A program made the position numbers and the translations under genes. Below, piece by piece: positions 37,221 through 47,345 of a stretch of DNA of 64,000 bases; the stretch's first letter is position 1; each line of letters starts with the position of its first letter. Source of the stretch: Gemmatimonadales bacterium (lineage in GTDB: Bacteria > Gemmatimonadota > Gemmatimonadetes > Gemmatimonadales > GWC2-71-9); contig JBFJCP010000018.1 in assembly GCA_041615815.1 (NCBI GenBank), forward strand, positions 1-64,000. The letters run 5' to 3'. The notes beneath the pieces are model-generated. The model was not told the origin of the DNA. It did not search any database and was given only the letters and a program-made list of their open reading frames with translations.

Positions 37221-38936
37221 GTGCGGAATCCATTGACCCGGCCCGCCCGCCCGGCCGGGCGCCGGCGGAATCACTACCTCGCGCTCGCCCTCCCATGGTT
37301 TTTGGGGGTGGCAGGGTGCGCCCGTCTTCCTCCAGCTCCGGAGCCGGCGTTTGGCGGCGTCGTGGCCGCGGCGAGTCCCGAGGCGGTGTTGGCCGGCATA
37401 TCCGTGCTCGAGGCCGGCGGGAACGCGGTGGACGCGGCCGTGGCCGTGTCTTTCACCCTGGCCGTGACGGAGCCGGCGATGTCAGGGTTGGGAGGACAGA
37501 CCCAGTTGTTGCTCGCCTTTCCCGACGGCCGAACCGCGGTCATCAATGGCACGTCCTTCTCGCCGCGGGGCACGCCGACGGATGCTGCACGGGAGACGAT
37601 TACCGGCCACCGCGCTACCACGGTGCCGACGACGGTTCGCGCACTGGACTACGCCTGGCGCCGCTACGGAAGTGGGAGCCAGGCTTGGGCATCACTCCTC
37701 CGACCGGCTATCACCTATGCCGAGGCCGGCTTTGGCGTCGGGCCGTTTCGACACAAGGTCTGGCGACGGCACGAGGCAGATTTGCGTGCGGACCCCGTCG
37801 TTGCCGGTCTCTTCCTCACGTCTGGGGGCACCTCCCCAATCGAGGGCGAGCGGTTTCGTCAACCGGTGCTCGCGGCCACCCTCCGTGGTCTGGCAGATCG
37901 GGGTGCCGACGATTTCTATCGCGGGGAGATCGCTCAACGAATCGCAGCGGACATGCGCGCGAATGGTGGATGGATCACCCGGGAAGATCTGGAGTCGCTG
38001 CCTGAGCCACGCGAGCTCGCGCCGCTCCAGGGGACGTTTCGGAACGCGGAGATCCTCACGCTGCCGCCCCCCGGTGGGGGATGGGTGGCGCTCCAGATTC
38101 TCAATCTTCTCGAGCTGTCCTCACCGAGCGAGCTCGCGCCGGGATCGTCCACGCGGGTCGTCCGGCTGGCAGAGGCGTTGCGGATAGCCCATCGGAGCCG
38201 TCGGCGCGATCCCGTGACAGATCTTCGCAATTACGATCGCGAGGTCCGCCAACGGATCGGCAAAGCCACAGCGGCGCGGTTGCTGGCCGAGGAACGCGAG
38301 AGCCGTGCGCAGACTGAGGGGGAAACGACCCACTTCACTATTGTCGATGGTGATGGCATGGTGGTGAGCGTCACGGCGAGCATCAACGCTTACTTCGGAT
38401 CGCGCACGGCGAGCCCGGATCTCGGGTTCCTCTATAACAGCTACATGCATGAATTCGAGCTCGGGCAGCCCGATCATCCGTTTGCGCTACGGGGGTCGGC
38501 GATGCCGTACTCATCCATGAGCCCCACGGTGGTGCGGATGGATGGACGCCCCGTGCTCGGCCTTGGGAGCCCGGGAAGCTCTCGCATCATTTCAGCCGTT
38601 GCGCAGGTGGTGCAGCGTTGGGTGGACGAAGGAGGGGGGATCGCTCGCGCGGTGGCGGCGCCGCGCATCCACGTGGTGCCGGATAGCTCCCTATATGCGG
38701 AGCTCCAATCTGTTCCGCTGGCCACAGCGAACGAGCTCGCGCGGCTCGGTTTCGTGTTCCGCCAGCCGAGTCTCGATCTCGCCCAGCAGGACCGTAACGC
38801 GTACTTCGGTGGTGTCCACGCCGTAGCGCTGGAGGCCGGTGTGTGGGTGGGCGCGGCGGACCCCCGTCGAGACGGGACCGTAGGACGGGCGGTGCGCCTG
38901 GATCCGGTGGTCGCCGCCGCGGTGGGGATGAATTGA
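37221..38936 (+). CDS. ggt: Gamma-glutamyltransferase family protein (lipoprotein)
   Basis: GGNAVDAA, EP.MSGLGG, FY.G.IA, ETTHF (nucleophile Thr), SSMSP, GSPG..RI, ADPRR; start uncertain. Confidence 0.9.
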   Translation: MRNPLTRPARPAGRRRNHYLALALPWFLGVAGCARLPPAPEPAFGGVVAAASPEAVLAGISVLEAGGNAVDAAVAVSFTLAVTEPAMSGLGGQTQLLLAFPDGRTAVINGTSFSPRGTPTDAARETITGHRATTVPTTVRALDYAWRRYGSGSQAWASLLRPAITYAEAGFGVGPFRHKVWRRHEADLRADPVVAGLFLTSGGTSPIEGERFRQPVLAATLRGLADRGADDFYRGEIAQRIAADMRANGGWITREDLESLPEPRELAPLQGTFRNAEILTLPPPGGGWVALQILNLLELSSPSELAPGSSTRVVRLAEALRIAHRSRRRDPVTDLRNYDREVRQRIGKATAARLLAEERESRAQTEGETTHFTIVDGDGMVVSVTASINAYFGSRTASPDLGFLYNSYMHEFELGQPDHPFALRGSAMPYSSMSPTVVRMDGRPVLGLGSPGSSRIISAVAQVVQRWVDEGGGIARAVAAPRIHVVPDSSLYAELQSVPLATANELARLGFVFRQPSLDLAQQDRNAYFGGVHAVALEAGVWVGAADPRRDGTVGRAVRLDPVVAAAVGMN

Positions 38937-38976
38937 TGGGTTCCTGAGTTGCGCGGGCGGGGTGCCACCTCCCTGT

Positions 38977-39630
38977 TCAGGGAGCCACGCGTGTCACTTC
39001 CCAGCCACTCTCCTGTCGTCGATATACCAGCCGATCGTGCAGCCGGTTCAAGCGGCCTTGCCAGAACTCCATGCGTCGCGGCGTGAGACGGTAGCCGCCC
39101 CAGAAGGGTGGCAGGGGGACCTCATGGTTCGCAAATTTTGCTTCGTACTCTTTCACCCGTGCGATGAGCTCGTCGCGGCTGGCGAGTGGTGAACTCTGCT
39201 CGGAGGCCCACGCGCCGATCTGGCTTCCGCGGGGACGGGTGCGAAAGTACGCGCGCGATTCGTCGGTCGTCTGGCGAGTGACGCGGCCCTCGATCCGAAC
39301 CTGTCGTTCCAGCACGGCCCAGTAGAAGGTGAGCGAAGCCCGAGGGTTTTCGTCCAGCTCGCTCGCCTTTCGGCTGCCGTAGTTCGTGTAGAAGAGAAAC
39401 CCGTCAGGTCCGAATCCCTTCAACAGCATCATCCGCGACGAGGGAGTCCCGTCCTTGGTGGCCGTGGCCACCGCCATCGCTTCAGGATGTAGCATCCCGG
39501 ACGATCGGGCGTCCTCGAACCACTTGCCGAAAAAGGCGATCGGATCGTCCGCCACGTCGAGCTCGGTGAAACCCTTGGTGACACCCACGCCCATCGTGAG
39601 AATGGTTTTCAGTTTGGCCGTGATGGACAT
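38977..39630 (-). CDS. pdxH: Pyridoxamine 5'-phosphate oxidase
   Basis: R.MLLK, FYTNY.SRK, RQVRIEG, YF..RP..SQIGAWAS.QS, WGGYR, EFWQG...RLHDR. Confidence 0.96.
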   Translation of the reverse strand: MSITAKLKTILTMGVGVTKGFTELDVADDPIAFFGKWFEDARSSGMLHPEAMAVATATKDGTPSSRMMLLKGFGPDGFLFYTNYGSRKASELDENPRASLTFYWAVLERQVRIEGRVTRQTTDESRAYFRTRPRGSQIGAWASEQSSPLASRDELIARVKEYEAKFANHEVPLPPFWGGYRLTPRRMEFWQGRLNRLHDRLVYRRQESGWEVTRVAP

Positions 39631-39675
39631 GCACGCTCGCCGGTTTGCGTCGTTGTGAGAGATAGCGTTGGGACG

Positions 39676-40758
39676 TTAGACCATCAACTCGAGACGTCGC
39701 ACGGTCGGCTCGTCGGGGCTCGGTTCGGCCTCCCCGCGCTCGGCTCGTCGCAGCAGGCGCCAGATTTCACGACCCAGGACGTCCACATCGGTGGACATGA
39801 ACTGCTCGCCGCCAAACCGTCGAATCGCGTCGGTTTGGCGCTCGAGAATCTCGGCGTCCTGTCGGAAGATTCGCATCGCGAGAGGGGTGAGAAACAGCTT
39901 GACGAGCCGACTGGGAAGGCGGAGTCGGAAACTGATCACGGCAATCATCCGAGTGTCGAAATCCGACACGGGCGTCATGGCTGTCGTGACGAGGATGTGG
40001 TTCTCGGGGCCCAGTCGATACTCGACCTGGGCAACGGACGGGAGATAAAAGCGATCCCAGTGTTCTACGGTGCCGCCACTGGGCGAGAGCAGCCGCCCCA
40101 CGAGTCCGGGTGGCCGAGGCTCACCCACGTATTCCGCTTCGACCCGATCGTGCCAGCGCCGCACGACGGCCTCGATCTTGTTACGGGTGCCCGATCGAAA
40201 GAGGCCCCTATGCAGGTACGCTGTATGGGGGACATCCAGCGCATTCTCCGCCGCCGCATGGACGCTAGCGGTCACGGAGACCTCTCGGACCACCGTTGTG
40301 TATTCGCGCTGCGACACGAGTGGCAAGGAGAAAGGTTCTCGCTGGGGCGCGGCGTCGGGAGTAGGGTAAACCCAAATCAGACCATCTTGTTCCCGGACCG
40401 GGAACCCCTCGGCCCGGCGTCCCTTGGCCTCACTTGGCCCACAGAGTCCCGGCACGAGCTTGCAGAGGCCGGTGACATCGAACTGCCAACCGTGGTATCG
40501 GCATTCGAGATAGCCCGTCTCGAGGACCTTGCCTTCGGATAACGGGACGTTCCGATGGGGACACCGGTCCAGCAGCGCCCCGATCTGCCCTTGGCCATTG
40601 CGGAAGAGGGCGATCGGGATCCCGAGGATCGTGCGCCGTGTGGGCTGGGTACCCAGTTCCCGCGATTGGCACGCGACGTACCAAAACGCGGGGAGCCGCG
40701 CCACGGAGGTATGGCCGCGCGTGGCCGGTGGGGTGAGGCGGGGCTCGAGTTCCGTCAT
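39676..40758 (-). CDS. Rieske non-heme iron oxygenase alpha subunit (VanA/KshA-like)
   Basis: CPHR...C.YHGW Rieske motif; EN.LD..H..YLH mononuclear iron motif; QD..IL. Confidence 0.92.
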   Translation of the reverse strand: MTELEPRLTPPATRGHTSVARLPAFWYVACQSRELGTQPTRRTILGIPIALFRNGQGQIGALLDRCPHRNVPLSEGKVLETGYLECRYHGWQFDVTGLCKLVPGLCGPSEAKGRRAEGFPVREQDGLIWVYPTPDAAPQREPFSLPLVSQREYTTVVREVSVTASVHAAAENALDVPHTAYLHRGLFRSGTRNKIEAVVRRWHDRVEAEYVGEPRPPGLVGRLLSPSGGTVEHWDRFYLPSVAQVEYRLGPENHILVTTAMTPVSDFDTRMIAVISFRLRLPSRLVKLFLTPLAMRIFRQDAEILERQTDAIRRFGGEQFMSTDVDVLGREIWRLLRRAERGEAEPSPDEPTVRRLELMV

Positions 40759-40855
40759 GGTTCGAATTGTACCGGCACGATTACGCCACGATCAAGCGCC
40801 GACTTGCGGTTCCCCTTTCCTCGGCCAATACCTGGGGTAGAGGAGTACGAGATCC

Positions 40856-41197
40856 ATGCGCATTGTGAGTCTCAGATCACGACTGGGCGTCGTGAGCGCG
40901 ATGATCCTGCAAGGCTGCGCCATGGCTGCCGCCAACACCGGTGAAGGGGATGTGAATCCCGAATGCCGCCAGTGGAGACTGGAAGTTGCCAACACGTCGT
41001 CAGAACGCGTACGTGTGTCCGTCAGCGGCGAGGGTGGGGAAGAGTTCCTCGGCGTCCTGGGACCCCGAGAAAGCCGAATCTGGGTGCTCTCGACCGAGCC
41101 GGAACGGGTGATGGTGCTGGATGAACTCCGTGGTGCCGCGACGGGTGTGGAAGTGCGCCAGCGCTGTCTGAGTGCGTCCGCGGGAGGCGCGGCGTGA
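40856..41197 (+). CDS. Small hypothetical lipoprotein
   Basis: GAGGAG RBS; lipobox LQGC; two further Cys. Confidence 0.55.
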   Translation: MRIVSLRSRLGVVSAMILQGCAMAAANTGEGDVNPECRQWRLEVANTSSERVRVSVSGEGGEEFLGVLGPRESRIWVLSTEPERVMVLDELRGAATGVEVRQRCLSASAGGAA

Positions 41198-41218
41198 GCC
41201 CCCAACCGGGATTCCGCG

Positions 41219-42427
41219 ATGGCCGCTAAATCGACCGGCGGGGACGCGCGCATACGACAGTTCCCCCTCGGTGCCCGGGTCCGGCTCGCCGACCTCACGA
41301 TCGATCCCTACCCCATTCTGCATCGGCTTCGGGAGCATGAGCCGGTCTCCTGGGTGCCCGAAGTGAACATGTGGTTCGTCACTCGCCGGGCGGATGTGCT
41401 CTCGGTGTTGGGAGATTTCGAGACGTATACCGTCGATTCGCCCCACTCGATCATCGCCGAGATGTTCGGCCGGCACATGATGACCGTGGACGGTCCGGAA
41501 CAGATCCGGCACAAGCGGGCGTGCATGCCACCGTTCCGGCCGCGAGAACTCAGCACCCAGGTGACTCCCGTCGTGACTGCCAAGGTGGAGTCGCTCGTGA
41601 AGGCATTCGGAGATCCAGCCGAGATCCGGTTGGGCCTCGCGAAGCCCACGGCAATCCACACGGTGTGCGCGATCCTCGGGATTCCGGAGTCCAAGACCGA
41701 CCAAATTCGTGGTTGGTACGATCGGTTTGCCCGGGCGTTGGCAAACTTCCAGGGGCAACCTGAGATCCGGAAACGTGGCCACGAGGCTGCAAGCCACTTC
41801 AGCACGCTGGTGACAGAGTTGCTGCGAACGTTCGAGACGGCCCCTGGCGTGGGACTCTTGTCCGACCTCGCACGGGCCACGCCGCGGTTTTCAGACGAGG
41901 AGATCGTGTCCAATGCGCTCATCATTCTGTTTGGCGGAATCGAGACTACCGAAGCGGCGATCTGCAATGCCGTCTGGGCCTTGCTGCGGCACCCAGAACA
42001 GCTGGCGTTGCTTCGGAGTGAGCCCTCACTCCTCAGGAACGCCATCGATGAGACGTTGCGGTGGGAACCGGCCGTCCAGTCGTGCACCCGTCACGCCACG
42101 AGACCCGCGGTGATCGGCGGGGTCGAGATCCGCGAGGGTGAGGTGATCCAATGCATGCTCGGCGCCGCCAATCGCGACGCCGCATACTTCGAGGCTCCCG
42201 CCCGGTTCGATATCCGCCGCCCTAATGCCAAGGATCATGTTTCGTTCGGGGCCGGCCGGCACTATTGTCTTGGAGCGTCGCTCGCTCTGCTCGAGATGGA
42301 AACGGTGCTGCGCGTTCTCCTCGAGCGATTCCCGGAGCTTTCCTTCGATCCCGAGCGTCTCAGCGCGCCGCGCGGATACGAGTTCCGCAAACCACCAGCG
42401 TTGTGGGTGCAGCTGCGCTCCGGCTGA
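41219..42427 (+). CDS. Cytochrome P450
   Basis: I-helix GGIETT, ETLR (ExxR), AANRD, heme motif FGAGRHYCLG. Confidence 0.95.
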   Translation: MAAKSTGGDARIRQFPLGARVRLADLTIDPYPILHRLREHEPVSWVPEVNMWFVTRRADVLSVLGDFETYTVDSPHSIIAEMFGRHMMTVDGPEQIRHKRACMPPFRPRELSTQVTPVVTAKVESLVKAFGDPAEIRLGLAKPTAIHTVCAILGIPESKTDQIRGWYDRFARALANFQGQPEIRKRGHEAASHFSTLVTELLRTFETAPGVGLLSDLARATPRFSDEEIVSNALIILFGGIETTEAAICNAVWALLRHPEQLALLRSEPSLLRNAIDETLRWEPAVQSCTRHATRPAVIGGVEIREGEVIQCMLGAANRDAAYFEAPARFDIRRPNAKDHVSFGAGRHYCLGASLALLEMETVLRVLLERFPELSFDPERLSAPRGYEFRKPPALWVQLRSG

Positions 42428-42485
42428 CCCGCACGAGACTCCTCGGGCGGACCGCGGGACGCAGTCCAGCCCACGCGGGCCGTCG

Positions 42486-42501
42486 TGGCATCCGGCTTGC
42501 G
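42486..42501 (+). promoter_or_regulatory. Sigma54 (-24/-12) promoter
   Basis: TGGCATCCGGCTTGCG = TGGCA-N6-TTGC, about 85 nt upstream of the DUF4212 start. Confidence 0.65.
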
Positions 42502-42584
42502 TAACGCTTTCACTTCGAGAACTTGGGGCGCACGTCGCGTCCCCGCGGCGTCGCCGCGCCCCTCAACGTTGGCGAGGACGGTCG

Positions 42585-42854
42585 ATGACGAACGACAGTC
42601 ACCGTAGGTATTGGAGGGCCAATCTCCGTTACGTCGCCATGTTGCTCGCCATCTGGTTCGTGGTGTCGTATGGCGCGGGGATCCTGTTCGTCGAACAGCT
42701 GAATCAAATCCGAATCGGTGGCTTCCAGCTGGGTTTCTGGTTCGCTCAGCAAGGGGCCATCTACGTCTTCGTCGCGCTGATCTTTGTGTATGTCGGCCTC
42801 ATGAACCGATTGGATCGGGCATATGAAGTGGACGAGCGCGAGGACGGGCGATGA
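42585..42854 (+). CDS. DUF4212 small membrane subunit of a sodium:solute symporter
   Basis: YW..NL, LLAIWF.VS, GF.LGFWFAQQG.I..F, MNRLD. Confidence 0.9.
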   Translation: MTNDSHRRYWRANLRYVAMLLAIWFVVSYGAGILFVEQLNQIRIGGFQLGFWFAQQGAIYVFVALIFVYVGLMNRLDRAYEVDEREDGR

Positions 42855-44557
42855 ACGTTCAAGCGTGGACCTTTTTGATGGTCGCGGTCTCGTTCGCGAT
42901 CTACATCGGCGTGGCGATGTGGTCGCGAGCCCGCTCCACGGGAGAGTTCTACGTCGCCGCGGCTCGAGTCCCGCCGGTGCTCAATGGGATGGCCACCGCT
43001 GCGGATTGGATGAGCGCGGCGTCGTTCATTTCCATGGCGGGGCTGATCGCGTTCATGGGACGGGATGGATCGGTCTATCTCATGGGATGGACCGGCGGTT
43101 ACGTGCTGCTCGCGCTGCTGCTGGCGCCGTACCTGCGAAAGTTCGGCAAGTACACCGTGCCCGACTTTGTGGGTGACCGGTATTATTCGCAAACCGCGCG
43201 AGTGGTGGCCGTCGTGTGCGCGATATTCGTGTCGTTCACTTACGTCGCGGGACAGATGCGGGGTGTGGGCATCGTGTTCTCCCGATTCTTGGGTGTCGGG
43301 ATCAACGAGGGCGTCCTGATCGGCATGGCCATCGTGTTCTTCTATGCGGTATTGGGAGGCATGAAGGGGATCACCTATACGCAGGTGGCCCAGTACTGCG
43401 TGCTCATCTTCGCCTACCTCGTTCCCGCGATCTTCATCTCGCTGCTCATGACCGGCGTCGCGGTTCCGCAGCTCGGATTTGGTGGGACGTTGTCAGACGG
43501 GTCGGGGATGTTTCTCCTCGATCGGTTGGACGGTCTTAGCGAAGAATTGGGGTTCGGTCGGTACACCAACGGGACCAAGGCCACGCTGGACGTCTTCTTC
43601 ATCACGGCAGCACTCATGGTGGGCACGGCAGGGCTTCCGCACGTGATCGTGCGGTTTTACACGGTGCCCAAGGTCCGCGCGGCCAGGAGCTCGGCGGGTT
43701 GGGCGCTGTTGTTCATCGCGCTGCTCTATACGACGGCGCCGGCCGTCGCTGCGTTCGCACGGACGAACTTCTTGAACACCGTGTCCGACGCTCCCTACGA
43801 GACGGTGCCCACCTGGTTCACGAATTGGGAGAGCACGGGACTAATCGCGTTCGACGATAAGAATGGTGATGGAATCATTCAGTATCGTGGACCGGCCTCC
43901 GAAGTGCCGAACGAGCTCACGATCGATCGCGACATCATGGTGCTGGCCAACCCGGAGATTGCCAGGCTCCCGGCGTGGGTAGTGGGTCTCGTGGCAGCTG
44001 GAGGACTGGCCGCCGCGTTGTCCACGGCCGCCGGGCTTCTGCTCGTGATCTCGACCTCGGTCGCGCACGATCTCCTGAAGAAAGCGATCCTGCCGTCCAT
44101 CACCGAACACCGAGAGCTTCTGACGGCACGGGTCGCCGCGGGGCTGGCGGTGGTGGTGGCTGGATACTTTGGGATCAATCCCCCGGGGTTCGTGGCCGAG
44201 GTGGTGGCGCTCGCCTTTGGGCTGGCGGCGGCATCCTTCTTCCCAGCCATCATTCTCGGCATCTTCTCAAAGCGCATGAACAAGTACGGTGCGGTGAGCG
44301 GGATGGTGGCGGGAATTACGTTTACGGCCGCCTACATCATCTACTTCAAGCTCCTCCATCCCGAGCTCAACACCGCCGCCAACTGGTGGCTTGGGATCTC
44401 GCCCGAGGGCATCGGCACACTGGGGATGCTGCTCAACGTCGGCGTCGCGCTCGCCGTTTCGAGCTACACGCCTGCACCCCCGGTCATCATCCAACAACTC
44501 GTAGAAGACATTCGGGTGCCACGTGGCGCCGGTCCAGGACACGAACTGACCGCGTAG
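42851..44557 (+). CDS. Sodium:solute symporter (ActP/VC_2705-like)
   Basis: NGMATAADWMSAASF, GWTGGY, GGMKG.TYTQVAQY, GTAGLPH...RF.T, AALSTA.GLL. Confidence 0.93.
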   Translation: MNVQAWTFLMVAVSFAIYIGVAMWSRARSTGEFYVAAARVPPVLNGMATAADWMSAASFISMAGLIAFMGRDGSVYLMGWTGGYVLLALLLAPYLRKFGKYTVPDFVGDRYYSQTARVVAVVCAIFVSFTYVAGQMRGVGIVFSRFLGVGINEGVLIGMAIVFFYAVLGGMKGITYTQVAQYCVLIFAYLVPAIFISLLMTGVAVPQLGFGGTLSDGSGMFLLDRLDGLSEELGFGRYTNGTKATLDVFFITAALMVGTAGLPHVIVRFYTVPKVRAARSSAGWALLFIALLYTTAPAVAAFARTNFLNTVSDAPYETVPTWFTNWESTGLIAFDDKNGDGIIQYRGPASEVPNELTIDRDIMVLANPEIARLPAWVVGLVAAGGLAAALSTAAGLLLVISTSVAHDLLKKAILPSITEHRELLTARVAAGLAVVVAGYFGINPPGFVAEVVALAFGLAAASFFPAIILGIFSKRMNKYGAVSGMVAGITFTAAYIIYFKLLHPELNTAANWWLGISPEGIGTLGMLLNVGVALAVSSYTPAPPVIIQQLVEDIRVPRGAGPGHELTA

Positions 44558-44635
44558 CGCCAGGGCTTCGCCACGGACCCTCGCGGCCGTGGTTGTCGAG
44601 CGGCATCTTACAGCGACCCCGTCCGGAGTCTCTGC

Positions 44636-47275
44636 ATGGTCAGAGTGGCATCGCTCCGCGTCCGAAACATCCTCACAGTTTTTTGGGCGTGCGGGCTGGC
44701 CGTTCCCGGGCCCGCGCTCTCCCAGGGCACGGTTCCCCATCCGCGTGACTTCCTCGGCTTTACCCCGGGCGACGATTTTCGGATTGCGGACTTCGGGCAG
44801 CTCCGTGGCTACTACGAGGCACTTGCCAAGGCATCGCCACGCGTGAGGCTTTCGAGCGCCGGAAAGACACGCGCGGGAAACGACATCCTCGTACTCATCA
44901 TCTCGTCGGTCCAGAACCTGGAGCGGGTGGAGCGTTACCGCGAGATCGCCCATCGCATGGCTCGTCCGCGAGGGCTTTCACCCACCGACGCACGGACGCT
45001 CGCACGTGAAGGACGAGCCATCGTATGGATCGACGCCGGTCTGCATGCTGCCGAAACCGCGCATGCCCAGCACGCACCGCTCCTGGCATTCAAAGTGGCA
45101 ACCGGGGAATCGGACGAGATGCGGTGGATCCGAGACAACGTGATTCTCGTGTTGCTGCCCTGCGTGAACCCCGACGGCCTCAATCTCGTGGCGGATTGGT
45201 ACCGACAAACGGTACACACGCCACATCAGGACAGCCCCATGCCCTGGCTGTTCAACGAATACGTAGGGTACGAGAACAATAGGGACTTCTTCGCGCAGAC
45301 GCAGCTCGAGACCCAGATCGTGAGCGAGCTGCTGTACGGCGAATGGCTCCCCCAGGTGATGTACAATCACCATCAGGGTTTCTATCCCACGCGGATCTTC
45401 GTCCCGCCGTTTCCCGATCCATTCAATCCGAATATCGATCCCGGTGTGATTCGCGGGATCGAGCTCGTCGGTGCGGTGATGCAGCATCGTTTCGAGCGTG
45501 AGGGCAAAGACGGGGTCATCTCTCGATACGGGTTCTCGTCTTGGTACAACGGGTCGCTCCGCACCACGACGTACTTCCACAACATGGTCGGCATCCTCAC
45601 GGAGACGACGCACGACACCCCGTCTCCGTTTGACTACGATCCTGCAGCGATGCCGGAACAGCTGAGTAATGGCTGGTCCACTCGCCATCCATCCACCAAC
45701 TACTCCCGCCCATGGAGGGGCGGAACGCTTCGTTTTCGGGATGCCATCGACTACATGCTGACCGGGTCCATGGGGGTGCTCGAGGCCAGTGCCAAGTTCC
45801 GTGAGGAGCTCCTGTATGGCATGTATCAGATGGCCAGCCGCCAGATCGCGTTGGGAGAGTCGGAAGCACCGGTGGCGTATGTGATTCCGCAAGCGCAGCA
45901 CGATGGGCCGGTGGCGGCCAAGTTTCTGGAGATTCTGATGCGTGGTGGGGTGGAGGTGCACCGCGCAGAGGAATCGTTCACGGCCGACGGTCGGCGCTTC
46001 CCGGCCGGCACCCACGTGGTGTTGCTCGCCCAACCGTTTCGCCCGTTCGTCAAGGATCTGCTCGAGCCGCAACGCTATCCCGACATCCGGGCGTATCCCG
46101 GTGGACCGCCGGTGCCGCCCTACGACAATGCCGGTTGGACGCTGTCCTATCAGATGGGGGTGGAAGCTGTTCCTATCGAGACGTCGTTCGAAGCCAAATT
46201 GACGCTGCTTGAGGAATTCCCCACACGGTCAGGCGTCGCAACCGGGACCCCTGAGTTCGGATGGGTGCTGGATCCACGAACCAACAACACGTTTGTGGCG
46301 GTAAATCGTCTTCTGCAAGCCGGCGCGCGCGTCTCCCGATCTCCTGATTCGTTGCGACTAGGGGGCACCACGGTCCCCCCGGGCGCCTTTCTCGTGGAAT
46401 CCGCCAATCGGGAGCATATGCGTGGCCTCATCACTGAACTGGGTGTCGATGCTCGTGGCTTGGCGCGGCGACCGCAGGGGAGACTGCACGAGGTCACGCG
46501 GCCACGGATTGGCGTCTACCAGAGTTGGGTCGTCGAGTGGGTGGACGGCTGGACAGCCGCCGAGGGTTGGACCCGGTTCGTGTTGGACACGCACGAGTTC
46601 ACGTACGAGCGCATCCACAATCGCGACGTGCGGGCCGGCGATCTCAGAACAAAATTCGACGTGATCGTAATTCCCAATCAGGATGTCGGCGACATCGTCG
46701 GTGGATATCGTGCCGGCCGACGGCAGTTCGGGGTGGCGCACCAGAATCTGCCACCACCCGAGTATCAGGGGGGGATCGAGGAGGACGGCGTGGCCGCGCT
46801 CAGGACGTTCGTCGACGAGGGGGGAACGCTGTTGCTCGTGGATCGAGCTGCTGACCTCGCGACCCGGTACTTCGACCTTCCGGTTCAGGAGGTGCTCAAA
46901 GGCATTCCGGAGAATGAGTTTTTCGGACCCGGGAGCATCGTGACGATCGAGACGGATGTCGCGCATCCCGTAGCCTGGGGAATGACGGGAAGCGGAGCCG
47001 GGTATTTCCGGAAGAGCAGGGCGTACGAGTCGGACGATCCCCGGGTGCAGACGGTCGTGCGCTACGGGACGGGCGATCTCTTGATGAGTGGATGGTTGCT
47101 GGGAGCGGAGCACATGGTCGGCAAGGCGGCGGTGATCGATGTGAAACTCGGGAAGGGGCGTGTCGTGCTCTACGGTTTTTCACCCACCTTCCGGGCTTGG
47201 CCTCACGGCACCTTCAAGCTCTTTTTCAACGCGCTCATGCCCGCCAATTCCCGTGCACGGAGAGCGATGGAATGA
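44636..47275 (+). CDS. Exported M14 zinc carboxypeptidase-like protein with C-terminal glutamine-amidotransferase-like domain
   Basis: IDAGLHAAE (HxxE), NPDG, NNRD, HHQ; EGWTRFV, FR...HGTFKLFFN. Confidence 0.88.
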   Translation: MVRVASLRVRNILTVFWACGLAVPGPALSQGTVPHPRDFLGFTPGDDFRIADFGQLRGYYEALAKASPRVRLSSAGKTRAGNDILVLIISSVQNLERVERYREIAHRMARPRGLSPTDARTLAREGRAIVWIDAGLHAAETAHAQHAPLLAFKVATGESDEMRWIRDNVILVLLPCVNPDGLNLVADWYRQTVHTPHQDSPMPWLFNEYVGYENNRDFFAQTQLETQIVSELLYGEWLPQVMYNHHQGFYPTRIFVPPFPDPFNPNIDPGVIRGIELVGAVMQHRFEREGKDGVISRYGFSSWYNGSLRTTTYFHNMVGILTETTHDTPSPFDYDPAAMPEQLSNGWSTRHPSTNYSRPWRGGTLRFRDAIDYMLTGSMGVLEASAKFREELLYGMYQMASRQIALGESEAPVAYVIPQAQHDGPVAAKFLEILMRGGVEVHRAEESFTADGRRFPAGTHVVLLAQPFRPFVKDLLEPQRYPDIRAYPGGPPVPPYDNAGWTLSYQMGVEAVPIETSFEAKLTLLEEFPTRSGVATGTPEFGWVLDPRTNNTFVAVNRLLQAGARVSRSPDSLRLGGTTVPPGAFLVESANREHMRGLITELGVDARGLARRPQGRLHEVTRPRIGVYQSWVVEWVDGWTAAEGWTRFVLDTHEFTYERIHNRDVRAGDLRTKFDVIVIPNQDVGDIVGGYRAGRRQFGVAHQNLPPPEYQGGIEEDGVAALRTFVDEGGTLLLVDRAADLATRYFDLPVQEVLKGIPENEFFGPGSIVTIETDVAHPVAWGMTGSGAGYFRKSRAYESDDPRVQTVVRYGTGDLLMSGWLLGAEHMVGKAAVIDVKLGKGRVVLYGFSPTFRAWPHGTFKLFFNALMPANSRARRAME

Positions 47276-47345
47276 TCGCGCTCTCCCGTCCGAGCTGAGC
47301 GAGTACACGCCTGTTCTCTTCACCGATTTCACCTCGGGAGGTTGC

